A stretch of 64,000 nt of DNA from Holophagales bacterium. Lineage in GTDB: Bacteria > Acidobacteriota > Thermoanaerobaculia > Multivoradales > JAGPDF01. The notes beneath the pieces were generated by a model that ran no database searches, had not been told where the DNA came from, and saw only the letters and a list, made by a program, of their open reading frames with translations. Of this stretch, positions 48,645-59,985 are shown piece by piece. The translations under genes were made by a program, and so were the position numbers. The stretch's first letter is position 1; every line of letters starts with the position of its first letter. The DNA is taken from positions 3,464,165-3,528,164 of the forward strand of contig CP064972.1 of NCBI GenBank assembly GCA_016699405.1, given 5' to 3'.

Positions 48645-49184
48645 GTGATCGTGACATTCAAGGTCGGCCAGAAGGTGGTCTACCCGAATCACGGTGTCAC
48701 CGTGATCGAGGAGATCGGACCGAGTCGGCTCGACGGTACCGAGCAGACTTTCTACCACCTCAGGCTGCTGTCGAATAATTCGAAGGTGATGGTCCCGAAG
48801 GCGAACCTCGAGCTCGTCGGTCTGCGGCCGTTGAGCGAAACGCGGGAGCTTCGCGCTCTCTTCGCGATCCTCGAGGACGGAAACGTCGATACGTACAAGG
48901 ACTGGAAGGGCCGATACAAGCAGAATCTCGACAAGATGAAGACCGGCCGCCTGTCCGATGTCGCCGAGGTGCTCAAGAACCTCCGTTTCGTCAGCCAGAA
49001 GAAGAGCCTCTCGTTCCGCGAAAAGAAGATGTACGAACGGGCCAAGCACTTCATCGTCAGCGAGGTGGCCCACGTCAAGGAGATCACCGAACGGGACGCC
49101 GAGGTCCTCGTCGAGCGGGCGCTGTCGGCGAGTCTCGAGAAGAAGCACCGTTCCGGCTCGGTCGCTTCGGCCGCTGTCGGCTGA
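48645..49184 (+). CDS. cdnL: CarD/CdnL-family RNA-polymerase-binding transcription factor.
   Basis: The N-terminal RNAP-interacting domain (FKVGQKVVYPNHGVTVIEEI) is followed by a C-terminal helical domain. 179 aa. GTG start. Confidence 0.85.
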   Translation: MIVTFKVGQKVVYPNHGVTVIEEIGPSRLDGTEQTFYHLRLLSNNSKVMVPKANLELVGLRPLSETRELRALFAILEDGNVDTYKDWKGRYKQNLDKMKTGRLSDVAEVLKNLRFVSQKKSLSFREKKMYERAKHFIVSEVAHVKEITERDAEVLVERALSASLEKKHRSGSVASAAVG

Positions 49185-49210
49185 ACTGGAGCAAACTTCG
49201 AGCCTCGAAA

Positions 49211-49238
49211 GGGCGGGTCGTCGACCCGCCCTTTTTCT
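49211..49238 (+). terminator. Rho-independent terminator after cdnL.
   Basis: GGGCGGGTCG-TCGACCCGCCC forms a ~10-bp GC stem and is followed by a CTTTTTCT run. An A-run on the 5' side (CGAAA) means it could act bidirectionally. Confidence 0.6.
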
Positions 49239-49251
49239 ATACAATCGATTC

Positions 49252-50004
49252 GTGCGATCCCTCCTCCCGCTCGTCGGAGTGCTGGTCGGTCTCGGGTCGG
49301 CGGCTCTTCTCGGAGCCGCCCCTCCGGTCCCGGCTCAAACCTCGATCGACGCCGCTCTCGACCTCGAGGGCCGCCTCCTCGACGAGGACGCGTCCACGTA
49401 TCAGGATGTTCGAGCGCGCGAGGTCGCGGCGCGGAAAGCCGCCGACGACATCCTCGGACGGCTCGACGGAGCGATGACGGGCGACGCTGCGAGTGCGCCC
49501 GCGGAGCTGGCCCGCATGGCACAAGAGCTCGAAGGGAGCCTGGCCGAAGCGAACCGGTGGGCCAAGAGCGCCGCAGACCTGCGGCGGACGATGATCGAGA
49601 GGCGCCGGCGGATCGCCGAGCTCGCGCGATATCGATCGACCTCCGGCTTGGCGGACGAGACGGCGTCCGATCCGGTGTCGGGGAACTGGACCGTGCGGAT
49701 TCTGCCTTCTGGCCAGGTGGCCGAGTTTCGCATCGAGCTCGATGTTTCGCTCGTGACCGGGAGCTATCGAACGGCGACCGGCTCGGTCGGCTCCCTCCGC
49801 GGCACCTTCGTCGGCGACGTGCTCACCCTCGAGCGCGTCGATACCATGAAGGGCGCCGACTTGATCTTCGAAGGGCGGCTGGACCGGAGCCGAGGGGAAG
49901 TACGAGGCACCTGGCGCTCCACCTTGCTCTCGAGCGGAGAGCCAGCCGCCGGCAACTGGGTGGCCTTCCGCCAGGCTCCGACAACCTCAGGAGGCGGGAA
50001 TTGA
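49252..50004 (+). CDS. Hypothetical secreted protein.
   Basis: GTG start with an N-terminal signal peptide (LLPLVGVLVGLGSAALLGAAPPVPAQT). The central region is coiled-coil-like, and the C-terminal region is rich in beta-strand-forming Thr/Gly/Ser/Arg residues. No recognisable domain. Confidence 0.45.
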   Translation: MRSLLPLVGVLVGLGSAALLGAAPPVPAQTSIDAALDLEGRLLDEDASTYQDVRAREVAARKAADDILGRLDGAMTGDAASAPAELARMAQELEGSLAEANRWAKSAADLRRTMIERRRRIAELARYRSTSGLADETASDPVSGNWTVRILPSGQVAEFRIELDVSLVTGSYRTATGSVGSLRGTFVGDVLTLERVDTMKGADLIFEGRLDRSRGEVRGTWRSTLLSSGEPAAGNWVAFRQAPTTSGGGN

Positions 50005-50597
50005 ACCGGGAAAGCGCGCTGTTTCTCAGCATCGGACTGCTGGGTGGATTCATCTTGGGGTATCTGGTCCACGAGTCGATGGCGGCCAGGCAGCCGGCGC
50101 GCCTCGGTGCGAACCCGGCCGTCGCTGCCGCACCTGGAGGGATGCCTGCGTCCAGTCCTGCTCCGATGGGCGGGGGGGCGGCGATGCCGGAGATCGAGAA
50201 CCTCCGCAAGCGAGTCGAGCAGAACCCCAACGACCCGGATGCGGTCGTCGCCCTGGCGAACGCCAATTTCGACATTCAGAACTGGGGGCGAGCGATCGAG
50301 CTCTATGAGCAATTCGAGAAACTCCGCCCGGGGAACCCGGACGTCCTGACCGATCTCGGCGTCTGCTTGCGTGCCAGCGGGCGACTCGACGAGGCGCTCG
50401 CGACGTTCCGGAAGGCTCAGGCTCTTTCGCCGACGCACTGGCAGTCGCGGTTCAACGAAGTCGTCGTCCTCGCTTTCGACCAGGGCAACTATCCTGCGGC
50501 CCGAGCCGTGATCGCCAAGCTGCGACAGATCCAGCCGAACAGCCCAGAGCTCGACCGGCTCGAGCAGGAGATGGCAAAACGCCAAGGCGCGTCGTGA
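50001..50597 (+). CDS. Membrane-anchored TPR-repeat protein.
   Basis: N-terminal TM helix (ALFLSIGLLGGFILGYLV) followed by 3-4 TPR-like repeats. The TTG/ATG start is uncertain. Confidence 0.5.
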   Translation: MNRESALFLSIGLLGGFILGYLVHESMAARQPARLGANPAVAAAPGGMPASSPAPMGGGAAMPEIENLRKRVEQNPNDPDAVVALANANFDIQNWGRAIELYEQFEKLRPGNPDVLTDLGVCLRASGRLDEALATFRKAQALSPTHWQSRFNEVVVLAFDQGNYPAARAVIAKLRQIQPNSPELDRLEQEMAKRQGAS

Positions 50598-50610
50598 GGC
50601 GCCGCGCTTC

Positions 50611-53058
50611 GTGACGGGAGTGCCGGGGCCGGGGGCGAACCTCGTCGACGTCGCGGTCCCCTTGCCGCTCCCGGAGCCGCTGCTCTACCTCGTTCCGGAG
50701 GCGCTGCAGGACAGCATCGAGGCGGGGGTCCGCGTCGCGGTTCGCGTGGGTGGGCGGCGCCTCCGAGGAATCGTGCTCGGACGGTCCAACCGGGCAATAC
50801 CGGTTGGCGTCGAGGTGCGCGAGGTCGAAGCGGTGCTGGACGCCGAGCCCGTCCTCACGGGTGAGCTTCTCGAGCTGGGGAAGTTCATTTCCTCCTACTA
50901 CCTCTGTCCGATCGGCGAGGTGTTGCGCTCGCTGCTGCCCGGTGACCTTCCCGCCTGGGGAGTTCAGAAGATCTGGCTCACCTCGAGCGGCGCGCTGGCC
51001 GTATCTCGGGACGCGCTCGAGGCCAGGCTGGTGGATCGCCTCCTGGCGGAGGGACGGCTCTCACGAAGCTCGCTCGCGGCGGCGGGGGAGGATCGAGTCG
51101 CGCTCTTCCGGACGGTCGACCGGATGCTCGACGAAGGACGCCTCGCAAGCGATTCCGGCGACGCCCGCCAACGGGCGCGATTCGAGGCTGCGTACGAGCT
51201 CGCACCAGGAGCTCTCGAGAGTCACCTCGCGGCGGCCGGACGGAGCCCGGCCGGCCGCTCGGTGATCCAGGTCCTGGCAGATCTCGGTCGCCCGGCTGCG
51301 CTTCCGGAGCTGACGGCGGCTGCCGGCTGCGGCGAGAGCGTTCCGCGGCGGCTTGCCAAACTGGGCATCCTGCGAGCCTTTCAGCAGCCGCTTCGCCTAG
51401 CCCTCGATCGGCATCAGCTTCGCGGCTCCGCAGACCGTCCCGCGACGTTGACCTGCGCTCAAGAGACGGCGCTCACGGCCCTCGCCGGAGCGATCGAATC
51501 GCGCACCTTCTCGGCGCACCTGCTCGCCGGGGTCACCGGCTCCGGCAAGACCGAGGTCTATCTCCAGGCGGCGGAGAGGGCGCTCGCACTGGGCCGATCC
51601 GCGATGATCCTCGTGCCCGAGATCGCCCTCGTGCCCAGCTTGGCGCGCGCGGCCCGGCAACGGTTCGGCGAACGCCTCGCCCTGCTGCATTCCAGCCTCG
51701 ACGGGGGCGAACGCCATCAGGAGTGGGAACGGGTCCGGAGCGGGGTGGCGACGGTCGCCCTCGGCCCGCGCTCAGCGCTCTTCGCTCCACTCGTGGACCT
51801 CGGACTGGTCGTCGTCGACGAAGAACACGAAGCCGCCTTCAAGCAGGAACAGGATCCGCGGTACAACGCACGGGATCTCGCCCTCATGCGAGCTCGCACT
51901 TCCGGGGCGACCGCGGTGCTGGTCTCGGCGACGCCGAGCCTCGAGTCGCGCTGGAACGTGCTCTGCGGCAAGCTCGGGAAGCTCACGCTGCCGGATCGGG
52001 TGGGGGAGGCGACGCTACCCGAGGGCATCATCGTCGACCTGCGCGAAGAACCGCTCTCGCGCCTTCCCGGAGGGCTCCTGCTCTCCGGCCGTCTGCAGCA
52101 GGAGCTGGAGGAGACGCTGGCTTCCGGCGCCCAGGCGATCCTGCTGCGTAACCGGCGGGGGTTCGCTCCGCTGCTGCTCTGCCGGGCCTGTGGGGAGCTG
52201 TTCAGCTGCGACGACTGCGGCCTGCCGAGAACACTCCACCGACGGGATGGCACCCTCATCTGCCACTACTGCGGATCGACGCTTCCGGCCCCGAGCCGCT
52301 GTCCGACCTGCCGTGAGGCGGCCCTGGAAGCGATCGGCAGCGGGACCGAACGAGTCGAAGCCGAGGTCGCCGCGCGGTTCCCCGGCGTCGGAGTCGCAGT
52401 CCTCGACCGTGACGAGGTCCGGCGCCGGGGGAGCGTCGCCGAGATCCTGGAGGAGTTCGCCCGCGGCGAGTCGAGGATCCTCATTGGGACCCAGATGGTG
52501 GCCAAGGGGCACCACTTTCCCGAAGTCGCGCTCACCGGAGTCCTGGCGGCGGACAGCTACCTGGCCTTCCCGGACTTTCGTGCCGTCGAGCGTACTTACT
52601 CCCAACTCGTCCAGCTCGCCGGGCGGGCTGGACGGGGAAGCCGACGGGGCAAGGTCGTCATCCAGACTTTCCATCCGGATCACTATGCGATCCGGGCCGC
52701 CCTTGACCACGACGACGAGGCGTTCGCGCGGGAGGAGATGCGGTTCCGCAGAGCCTTCCATTACCCACCGTTCAGCCGCATGATCCAGGTTCTCTTGCGG
52801 GATCGCCGCCGCGAGTCGGCCGCGCAGTGGATGCGAGAGCTTGCCGAGCGCCTTCGCCAGGTGGCGGGTGACGAACCGGGCCTCCGGCTGACCGGACCGG
52901 CTCCCGCGCCCTTCGAGCGACTGCGCGGCGAATGGCGGTTCCAACTGCTGATGCGCGGCCCCTCGGGCTCCCGGCTTCGCGAGCTTCTGCGGCAATCGCT
53001 TCCCCAGAAGCTACCCCGAGGACTGGTGATCGATGTCGATCCGCAGCACCTCCTGTAG
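50611..53058 (+). CDS. priA: Primosomal protein N' (PriA helicase).
   Basis: Walker [17 protein letters not shown] box, and a zinc-binding Cys cluster (CRACGELFSCDDCGLP...CHYCGS...CPTC). Confidence 0.9.
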   Translation: MTGVPGPGANLVDVAVPLPLPEPLLYLVPEALQDSIEAGVRVAVRVGGRRLRGIVLGRSNRAIPVGVEVREVEAVLDAEPVLTGELLELGKFISSYYLCPIGEVLRSLLPGDLPAWGVQKIWLTSSGALAVSRDALEARLVDRLLAEGRLSRSSLAAAGEDRVALFRTVDRMLDEGRLASDSGDARQRARFEAAYELAPGALESHLAAAGRSPAGRSVIQVLADLGRPAALPELTAAAGCGESVPRRLAKLGILRAFQQPLRLALDRHQLRGSADRPATLTCAQETALTALAGAIESRTFSAHLLAGVTGSGKTEVYLQAAERALALGRSAMILVPEIALVPSLARAARQRFGERLALLHSSLDGGERHQEWERVRSGVATVALGPRSALFAPLVDLGLVVVDEEHEAAFKQEQDPRYNARDLALMRARTSGATAVLVSATPSLESRWNVLCGKLGKLTLPDRVGEATLPEGIIVDLREEPLSRLPGGLLLSGRLQQELEETLASGAQAILLRNRRGFAPLLLCRACGELFSCDDCGLPRTLHRRDGTLICHYCGSTLPAPSRCPTCREAALEAIGSGTERVEAEVAARFPGVGVAVLDRDEVRRRGSVAEILEEFARGESRILIGTQMVAKGHHFPEVALTGVLAADSYLAFPDFRAVERTYSQLVQLAGRAGRGSRRGKVVIQTFHPDHYAIRAALDHDDEAFAREEMRFRRAFHYPPFSRMIQVLLRDRRRESAAQWMRELAERLRQVAGDEPGLRLTGPAPAPFERLRGEWRFQLLMRGPSGSRLRELLRQSLPQKLPRGLVIDVDPQHLL

Positions 53059-53117
53059 CCTTCCTCTCGCTGGCGGCGTTTGACGGTACCCGGGGCCTTT
53101 GCTACTTTGCACCGGCC

Positions 53118-54071
53118 ATGAGCCCAGGAGAAGGGAACTTCGAAGAGGGACTGCTCGAGCTTCGCCGCCGGATCGAAGAGCTCGAGGGGTTTCCCGAGGC
53201 CGGGGGGCGTGAACGCCAGCTCAGCCAGTTGCGCAGTCAACTTCGCAAGGAGACCGAGGCGGTCTTCTCGAAGCTGAACCGCTGGCAGAAGACGCTGGTC
53301 GCGCGTCACGCCGAGCGACCGTTTCCTCTCGACTACATCAAGTTCCTGACCGAGGACTGGGTGGAGCTGCACGGAGACCGCACCTTCGGCGACGATCCCG
53401 CGATCGTCGCCGGATTTGCCCGCCTCGACGGCCGCCCGGTCGCGATCGTCGGGCATCAGAAAGGTCGGGGCACGAAAGAGCGGATCTGGCGCAATTTCGG
53501 CCAGCCACGTCCGGAGGGCTATCGAAAGGCTCTGCGTGTCATGAAGCTGGCGGAACGGTTCGGGCGACCGATCATCTCGCTGATCGACACGCCCGGAGCG
53601 TACCCTGGCATCGACGCCGAGGAGCGAGGGCAGGCCGAAGCGATCGCGCGAAACCTGTTCGAGATGTCGACGCTGCGCGTCCCGGTCGTCGTCGTCGTGA
53701 CCGGAGAGGGCGGAAGCGGGGGAGCCTTGGGGATTGGCGTCGGCGATCGGGTCCTAATGTTGGAGTACTCGATCTACTCGGTGATCTCGCCGGAGGGCTG
53801 CGCAGCGATCCTCTGGAAGGACCAGAATCGCAAGGAAGACGCGGCCGAAGCGATGCAGGTCACCGCTCCCGACCTGCTCCGCCTGGGAGTGATCGACGAG
53901 ATCGTTCCCGAACCTCTGGGCGGAGCCCACACCGACCCGGAGTCGGCCTGTCGTCGAGTCGGGGAGGCGATCGTTCGATCGCTGCGCGAGCTCGAGAGGA
54001 AGGAGCCGGATCGGCTCCTGAAGGACCGCGCGTCGAAGTTCCGCAAGCTCGGCGTCTTCCTCGAAAGCTGA
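53118..54071 (+). CDS. accA: Acetyl-CoA carboxylase carboxyltransferase subunit alpha.
   Basis: DYIKFLTEDWVELHGDRTFGDDPAIV...GFARLDGRPVAIVGHQKG...GGSGGALG. Start set at ATG 53118. Confidence 0.9.
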   Translation: MSPGEGNFEEGLLELRRRIEELEGFPEAGGRERQLSQLRSQLRKETEAVFSKLNRWQKTLVARHAERPFPLDYIKFLTEDWVELHGDRTFGDDPAIVAGFARLDGRPVAIVGHQKGRGTKERIWRNFGQPRPEGYRKALRVMKLAERFGRPIISLIDTPGAYPGIDAEERGQAEAIARNLFEMSTLRVPVVVVVTGEGGSGGALGIGVGDRVLMLEYSIYSVISPEGCAAILWKDQNRKEDAAEAMQVTAPDLLRLGVIDEIVPEPLGGAHTDPESACRRVGEAIVRSLRELERKEPDRLLKDRASKFRKLGVFLES

Positions 54072-54088
54072 TCCTGGACCCGTCTCGC

Positions 54089-55798
54089 GTGCGGGTGGCG
54101 GCGATCTGGACTGCGGCGGCAGTTCCGCCGGTGGTCGACGAGCTGGAGCGGGGAGGACTCCCGCGACCTGTCGCCATCCTCCTGGCTCGCCGCGGCGTCA
54201 CCTCACTCGCCTCCGCGCGACGGTTCCTCGCGCCATCCCGAGAGCACTTCAGCAGTCCTTTCGACCTGACTGGCATCGCCGCCGCAGTCGAGCGGATCCT
54301 TCGGGCCCGCCGGGACGGCGAACGGGTCGCCATCGTCGGCGACTACGACGCCGACGGAGTGACGGCGACGGCGCTTCTCGCCACGGTGATGCGCAGCCTC
54401 GACATCGCCACCGAGACGATCCTCCCGGACCGATTCCAAGACGGCTACGGCTTCCAGCCTCGCCACGCGGAGCTGGCCGCTGCGGGCGGCTGCCGGCTGC
54501 TGCTCACCGTCGACTGCGGAATCACCTCGATTCCGGCCGTCGAACTGGCGAAACGACTGGGGATCGAAGTGATCCTGACGGACCACCATCTCCCGGGTCC
54601 GGACCTCCCCGCAGCCGACACGATCGTCAACCCGCACGTCGGAGACTGCGACGGTGCGGGAAGGGAGCTGACCGGCGTCGGACTGGCGCTCAAGCTCGCC
54701 GTCGCCCTTCTCGAGAGAGTCGATCGTCCGGTGCCGCTCGAGGCCCTCCTGCGGATCGCTTGTATCGGCACGATCGCCGACGTGGCCCCGCTTCTCGAGG
54801 AGAATCGAACGATCACCGCGCTGGGGCTCGCGGCACTCGCACAAGCCCGCTCGCCCGGCCTCCGCTCCCTGTTGCGTGTCGCCCAGGTCGCTCCTCCGGT
54901 GCGCGCCGACGATGTCGCTTTCCGTCTCGCCCCGCGGCTCAACGCAGCTGGTCGACTCGCCTCGGCCGAGCTCGCCCTCGAGCTGCTCGTCACGCGCGAC
55001 GAACGTCGCGCTCGAGAGCTCGCCGAGCAGCTCGACCGGCTGAATCGAGAGCGCCAGGGCCTCGAGCTGCGAGCGGTCGACGAGGCGAAAGCCCATTTCC
55101 TCGAAAGGGCCACCGAGCCGCGGATCCTCGTGGCCTGGAGTCGCACGTGGCACCGCGGAGTCGTCGGCATCGCCGCCGGAAGGCTTGCCCGCGAGTTGTG
55201 CCGTCCCGTGATCCTCCTCGCCCAGAGCGATGGCACCGCCGTCGGCTCGGGTCGAAGCGTGCCAGGGGTCGATCTCCATCGCTTCGTCGAGCCCTGGCAA
55301 GAGCGCCTGGAGCGGTTCGGAGGTCACGCGCAGGCGATCGGACTGACCGCGAGCGTCGGCGAGCTCGAGCGCCTTCGCGGCGAATGGGAGGATCGCGCCG
55401 CCGCCTGGCCCGAGGAGTGGCTTCGACCGCGGCTCGAATACGAGCTCGAGCTGAGCCCCGCCGAGATCGGGACCGACCTGCTGCACCAGCTCGGAAAGCT
55501 GGCTCCGCACGGCGCAGGCAACCCGGAACCAACCGTCCGGTTGCGCTCCCTGGTGGCGGCGAAGGCACCGCGTCTATTCGGCCGCGATCATCTCGAGGTG
55601 GAAAGTCGGCGCGCCGACAGCGATTCCCCGGCGATCCGGCTGGTCGCGTGGGGCTGGGCATCCAGACGAGCGCTCTTCGAACAACCGTTCGAGGCGATCG
55701 TCGCTCTGCGGTCGGATCCCCGGGCGTTCGGCGGCTGGAGTGCCACCGTGATCGATGCCCAGCCCGCCGATGCGTGCAAGAATCCCGCCACGGCATAG
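54089..55798 (+). CDS. recJ: Single-stranded-DNA-specific exonuclease RecJ.
   Basis: DHH motifs (VAIVGDYDADGVTATALL; ILTDHHLP) and a DHHA1 domain. Confidence 0.9.
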   Translation: MRVAAIWTAAAVPPVVDELERGGLPRPVAILLARRGVTSLASARRFLAPSREHFSSPFDLTGIAAAVERILRARRDGERVAIVGDYDADGVTATALLATVMRSLDIATETILPDRFQDGYGFQPRHAELAAAGGCRLLLTVDCGITSIPAVELAKRLGIEVILTDHHLPGPDLPAADTIVNPHVGDCDGAGRELTGVGLALKLAVALLERVDRPVPLEALLRIACIGTIADVAPLLEENRTITALGLAALAQARSPGLRSLLRVAQVAPPVRADDVAFRLAPRLNAAGRLASAELALELLVTRDERRARELAEQLDRLNRERQGLELRAVDEAKAHFLERATEPRILVAWSRTWHRGVVGIAAGRLARELCRPVILLAQSDGTAVGSGRSVPGVDLHRFVEPWQERLERFGGHAQAIGLTASVGELERLRGEWEDRAAAWPEEWLRPRLEYELELSPAEIGTDLLHQLGKLAPHGAGNPEPTVRLRSLVAAKAPRLFGRDHLEVESRRADSDSPAIRLVAWGWASRRALFEQPFEAIVALRSDPRAFGGWSATVIDAQPADACKNPATA

Positions 55799-55808
55799 AA
55801 TCCATCTG

Positions 55809-57751
55809 ATGAGTGTCGGTCCGCAGTCCCGCAGCCCGTTCCGGAACCTCCGGCGTGCTCTGCTTGCAGTCATTCTCGTCCTCGTGGCGGGTCTTGGCGG
55901 GCTGTATTGGCTCGGACGATCGGGCCCGCTCGAGCCCGCTCCGGCCCCGGCCCCGGTCTCCCTCCGGGGCGCGACCGCGGTCAGCGAAGGCTTCGACTAC
56001 ACGCAGGTCGTCGACAACCAGCCCGTGTTTCGTCTGCGGGGAGCCCGTTTTCGTTCCACCACGGAAGGGCTCGTCGAGCTCGACCAGGTCGGCCTCACCC
56101 TCTTTCGCGAAGGGCGCGAGTACGGCGTCGAAAGCAGCCGGGCGACCTACAACCCCGAATCCAAGGAAGCGACGCTGACAGGTGAGGTGCGCCTGACCGG
56201 GGGAGGGCTCTCGTTGACCACGAACGAGCTCACGCTGGCGAGCGGCGGCCGGCAGCTCGACGCCCCAAACGCCGTGGAATTCGGTTTCGCCGAGGGGCGA
56301 GGGACAGCGGGAGGCCTCAAGGCCGACCTCGACCAGGCGTCGATCTCACTTCAGGCGCCGGTGAATGTCGCGGCCAAGAGCCGCGATGGAGCGAATCTGC
56401 TCCTGCTTGCCGAGCGTGCGGTCCTCGATCGAAAGGCGCACGAGCTGCGGGCGGAGGGCAACGTCTCGGTGACCGGCGGCAATGCGCGCTTTCGCGCCCA
56501 GAATGTCGTTCTGGTTCTCGCCGAGGACGAGAAGACGCCGCAGCTCCTGCGAGCGACCCTCCAGGTCGAGGGCGAACTGCGCGAACCCGATGCCGACGCC
56601 GAGGCGCCGCCGGCATTCACCATGAGCGCCTACTCCCTGACCCTGCAGTTCAAGGCGGGAGAGTCCGTCCCCGAGAAGCTCGAGATCCAGGGAACTCAGG
56701 GCGAGTCCGCGGTGCTCGTGACCAACTCTCCGAACGGGCTCATCCGGGTGTTGCTCTCTCGCTGGGTCGTCGGCCACTTCCAGTCGGGAGCGCTGACGAT
56801 GGTCGAGACAGTTGGCAGCTCCGAAGTGAAGGAATATCAGGCGGGGGCCGAGAACAAACTGCTGCGCCTGGCCTCTGCCCAGTTCGCGCAAGCGGATCTG
56901 GCCGCCGACCGGCACCTCGAGGCCCTCACGCTCACCGGCGGGGTGATCCTCCGCGACAGTCGATTGCGGGCTGCCGCCGACCGTGCCTACCTTCAGCCTG
57001 ACGCCGGAACAGCGCAGCTTTTCGGCGAATCGGTGCGGGTCACCAGCGAGAGGGGTGAGCTCAGGGCGCCGCGCGTCGTCTATCAACGGGAAGGAGAGCG
57101 AGCCCACGCCGAGGGGGGAGTGGAGGCGACGCTCATCGGGTCCATGCTTCCCAACACGGCCCTGGCAGAAGGAGGCAATGGCGAGCCGGTTCGCGTCCGC
57201 GCAAAAGAGGCGTTCCTCGAGCTCGCTGGCAACGGCTTCGTCTTCCGAGGGGACGTCCAGGCCTATCAAGGCGAAACGGTCCTCTTCGCCGACCAGCTCC
57301 GTGCCGACGACGCCGAGAAGCGACTCGCCGCCAGCGGCTCGGTGAAGACCGTATGGAACCCCGAGGAGTCCGTCCAGGGCGAGAAGCGGGAACCGGTCGA
57401 GGTCAGCGCGAAGACGCTGACGTATCGCGAGAGCGAGCGCGAGCTCCTTTACGAAGGCGACGTGACCGTGCTGCAGGCGGGGCGAACTCTCCGCGCCGGC
57501 TCGGTCGAGGTCGAGCTCGACGAGAACCGCAAGGCCCGCAAGATGGTGGCTCGAACCAAGGTCCAACTGGAGGATCCCGCGGCCGGCCGGCGCGTCGAAG
57601 GGGACGAGGCCATCTACGATCTCGCCGCCAAGACGGTGATCGTGAGCGGCTCACCGGCACAGATGCGCGACAGCACCGGGAACATCCTGCGCGGAAAGCG
57701 GCTCACCTACGACCTCGTCAAGGGTTCTTTGCGCGCCGGAGGCGAAACGAA

Positions 57752-57755
<4 letters not shown>
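55809..57755 (+). CDS. LptC/LptA-like lipopolysaccharide transport periplasmic protein. It is elongated, with an N-terminal TM anchor and multiple OstA-like beta-jellyroll repeats.
   Basis: N-terminal TM helix ([18 protein letters not shown]). Repeated OstA_N-like segments. The C-terminal portion resembles LptA (…[13 protein letters not shown]…). It lies immediately upstream of, and is translationally coupled to, lptB. ~648 aa in a single ORF. Confidence 0.65.
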
Positions 57756-58489
<734 letters not shown>

Positions 58490-58506
58490 CCTGAAGCGCA
58501 TCGTCG

Positions 58507-59970
58507 ATGGCTCTCGAACAGAAACTCTCCCTGCGGCTCTCGCAGAAACTGGTGATGACGCCGTCACTGCAGCAGGCGATCAAGCTGCTGCAGATGACCC
58601 GCCTCGAGCTGGAAAGCGTCGTTTCGCAGGAGCTGGTCGAGAACCCGCTGCTCGAAGAGGTCGAGGAGACGGCCCCGCCCGTCGAACCGGTCGATGAGGC
58701 AGCGCCGGTTCGCGAGCAGGTCGCCGAGTCCGAAGTCGAAGTGCAGGCGCCGGAGGCGCTTGCCGAAGTCGATTTCGAGGCCTACTTCGGGGACGACTCG
58801 GAGCTCTACGGTCCGCCGGGCGAGCGCGAGTATCGCGAGGCGCCGCCGCTCGAGAACACCCTGACGCAGGGACCCGACCTTTGCGACCACCTGCAGTGGC
58901 AGGTCGCCATGTCGGCGCTGACCCCGCGCCAGCGCGACATCGCCGAGCTGATCATCGGCAACCTCGATCCCGACGGCTTCCTCGTCGCAACGCCGGAGGA
59001 GATCCGGCTTCTCGGCAACGAGACGGCGACGCCGCCGCTCGAGCCCGAGGAGGTCATCGAAGTGCTCCGGGCCATCCAGCAGATGGACCCGCCCGGCGTG
59101 GCGTGCAACGACCTGCGCGAAAGTCTGCAGCGCCAGCTGATCGCCCGCGGCTTCGCCCCGAGCTCGCTGCCGCATCGCATCGTCGCCGAGATGTGGGAGC
59201 CTCTCCTGCGGCGGCAGTATCAGGCGGTGGCCAAGGCGCTCGGTGTCGAGCTCCACGAGCTCGAGCCGGCAGTGGCGATCATCCGGACCCTCGAGACCCG
59301 CCCTGGTCGGCTCTTCGCTCACGAGCGCGCCCAGTACATCGAACCCGACGTCGTCGTCGTCAAGATCGGCGACGATTACGTCGTCCAGCTCAACGACGAC
59401 GGGCTCCCGCGCCTGCGCATCAGTCGCTCCTACCGGCGGATGCTCCAGCGGATGCGTCAAGAGGGGAAGCAGGCGGACGCCCAGCAGTTCATCCGCGACA
59501 AGATGCGAAGTGCGGTGTGGCTGATCAAGAGCCTCGATCAGCGCCAGCGGACGATCTACAAGGTCGCCGAGTCGATCGTCCGCCAGCAGCGCGATTTCCT
59601 CGACCATGGCCTGGACCGTTTGCGTCCGATGGTGCTCCGCGACGTGGCGGAGGACATCGGAATGCACGAGTCGACCGTCAGTCGGGTGGTGTCGAACAAG
59701 TACATGCACACACCACGCGGGCTGTTCGCCATGAAGTTCTTCTTCCACAGCGGCATCGACCGCGACTACGGCGACGACATCTCGTCACTGACCGTGAAGC
59801 GCAAGATCAAGCAGCTCATCGAGTCCGAGGATGCGAGGCGGCCGCTCTCCGACAGCGACCTGATGCGCATCCTCAACCGGGAGGGCATTCACATCGCCCG
59901 CCGTACCGTCGCCAAGTACCGCGACGAGCTCGGCATGCCTTCCTCGGCAGACCGCAAGCAGGTGTTCTAG
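58507..59970 (+). CDS. rpoN: RNA polymerase sigma-54 factor.
   Basis: Region I (LSLRLSQKLVMTPSLQQAIKLLQ), a core-binding region, a C-terminal HTH, and the RpoN box (ARRTVAKYR). Confidence 0.95.
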   Translation: MALEQKLSLRLSQKLVMTPSLQQAIKLLQMTRLELESVVSQELVENPLLEEVEETAPPVEPVDEAAPVREQVAESEVEVQAPEALAEVDFEAYFGDDSELYGPPGEREYREAPPLENTLTQGPDLCDHLQWQVAMSALTPRQRDIAELIIGNLDPDGFLVATPEEIRLLGNETATPPLEPEEVIEVLRAIQQMDPPGVACNDLRESLQRQLIARGFAPSSLPHRIVAEMWEPLLRRQYQAVAKALGVELHELEPAVAIIRTLETRPGRLFAHERAQYIEPDVVVVKIGDDYVVQLNDDGLPRLRISRSYRRMLQRMRQEGKQADAQQFIRDKMRSAVWLIKSLDQRQRTIYKVAESIVRQQRDFLDHGLDRLRPMVLRDVAEDIGMHESTVSRVVSNKYMHTPRGLFAMKFFFHSGIDRDYGDDISSLTVKRKIKQLIESEDARRPLSDSDLMRILNREGIHIARRTVAKYRDELGMPSSADRKQVF

Positions 59971-59985
59971 GTCGAAAGGAGAGCC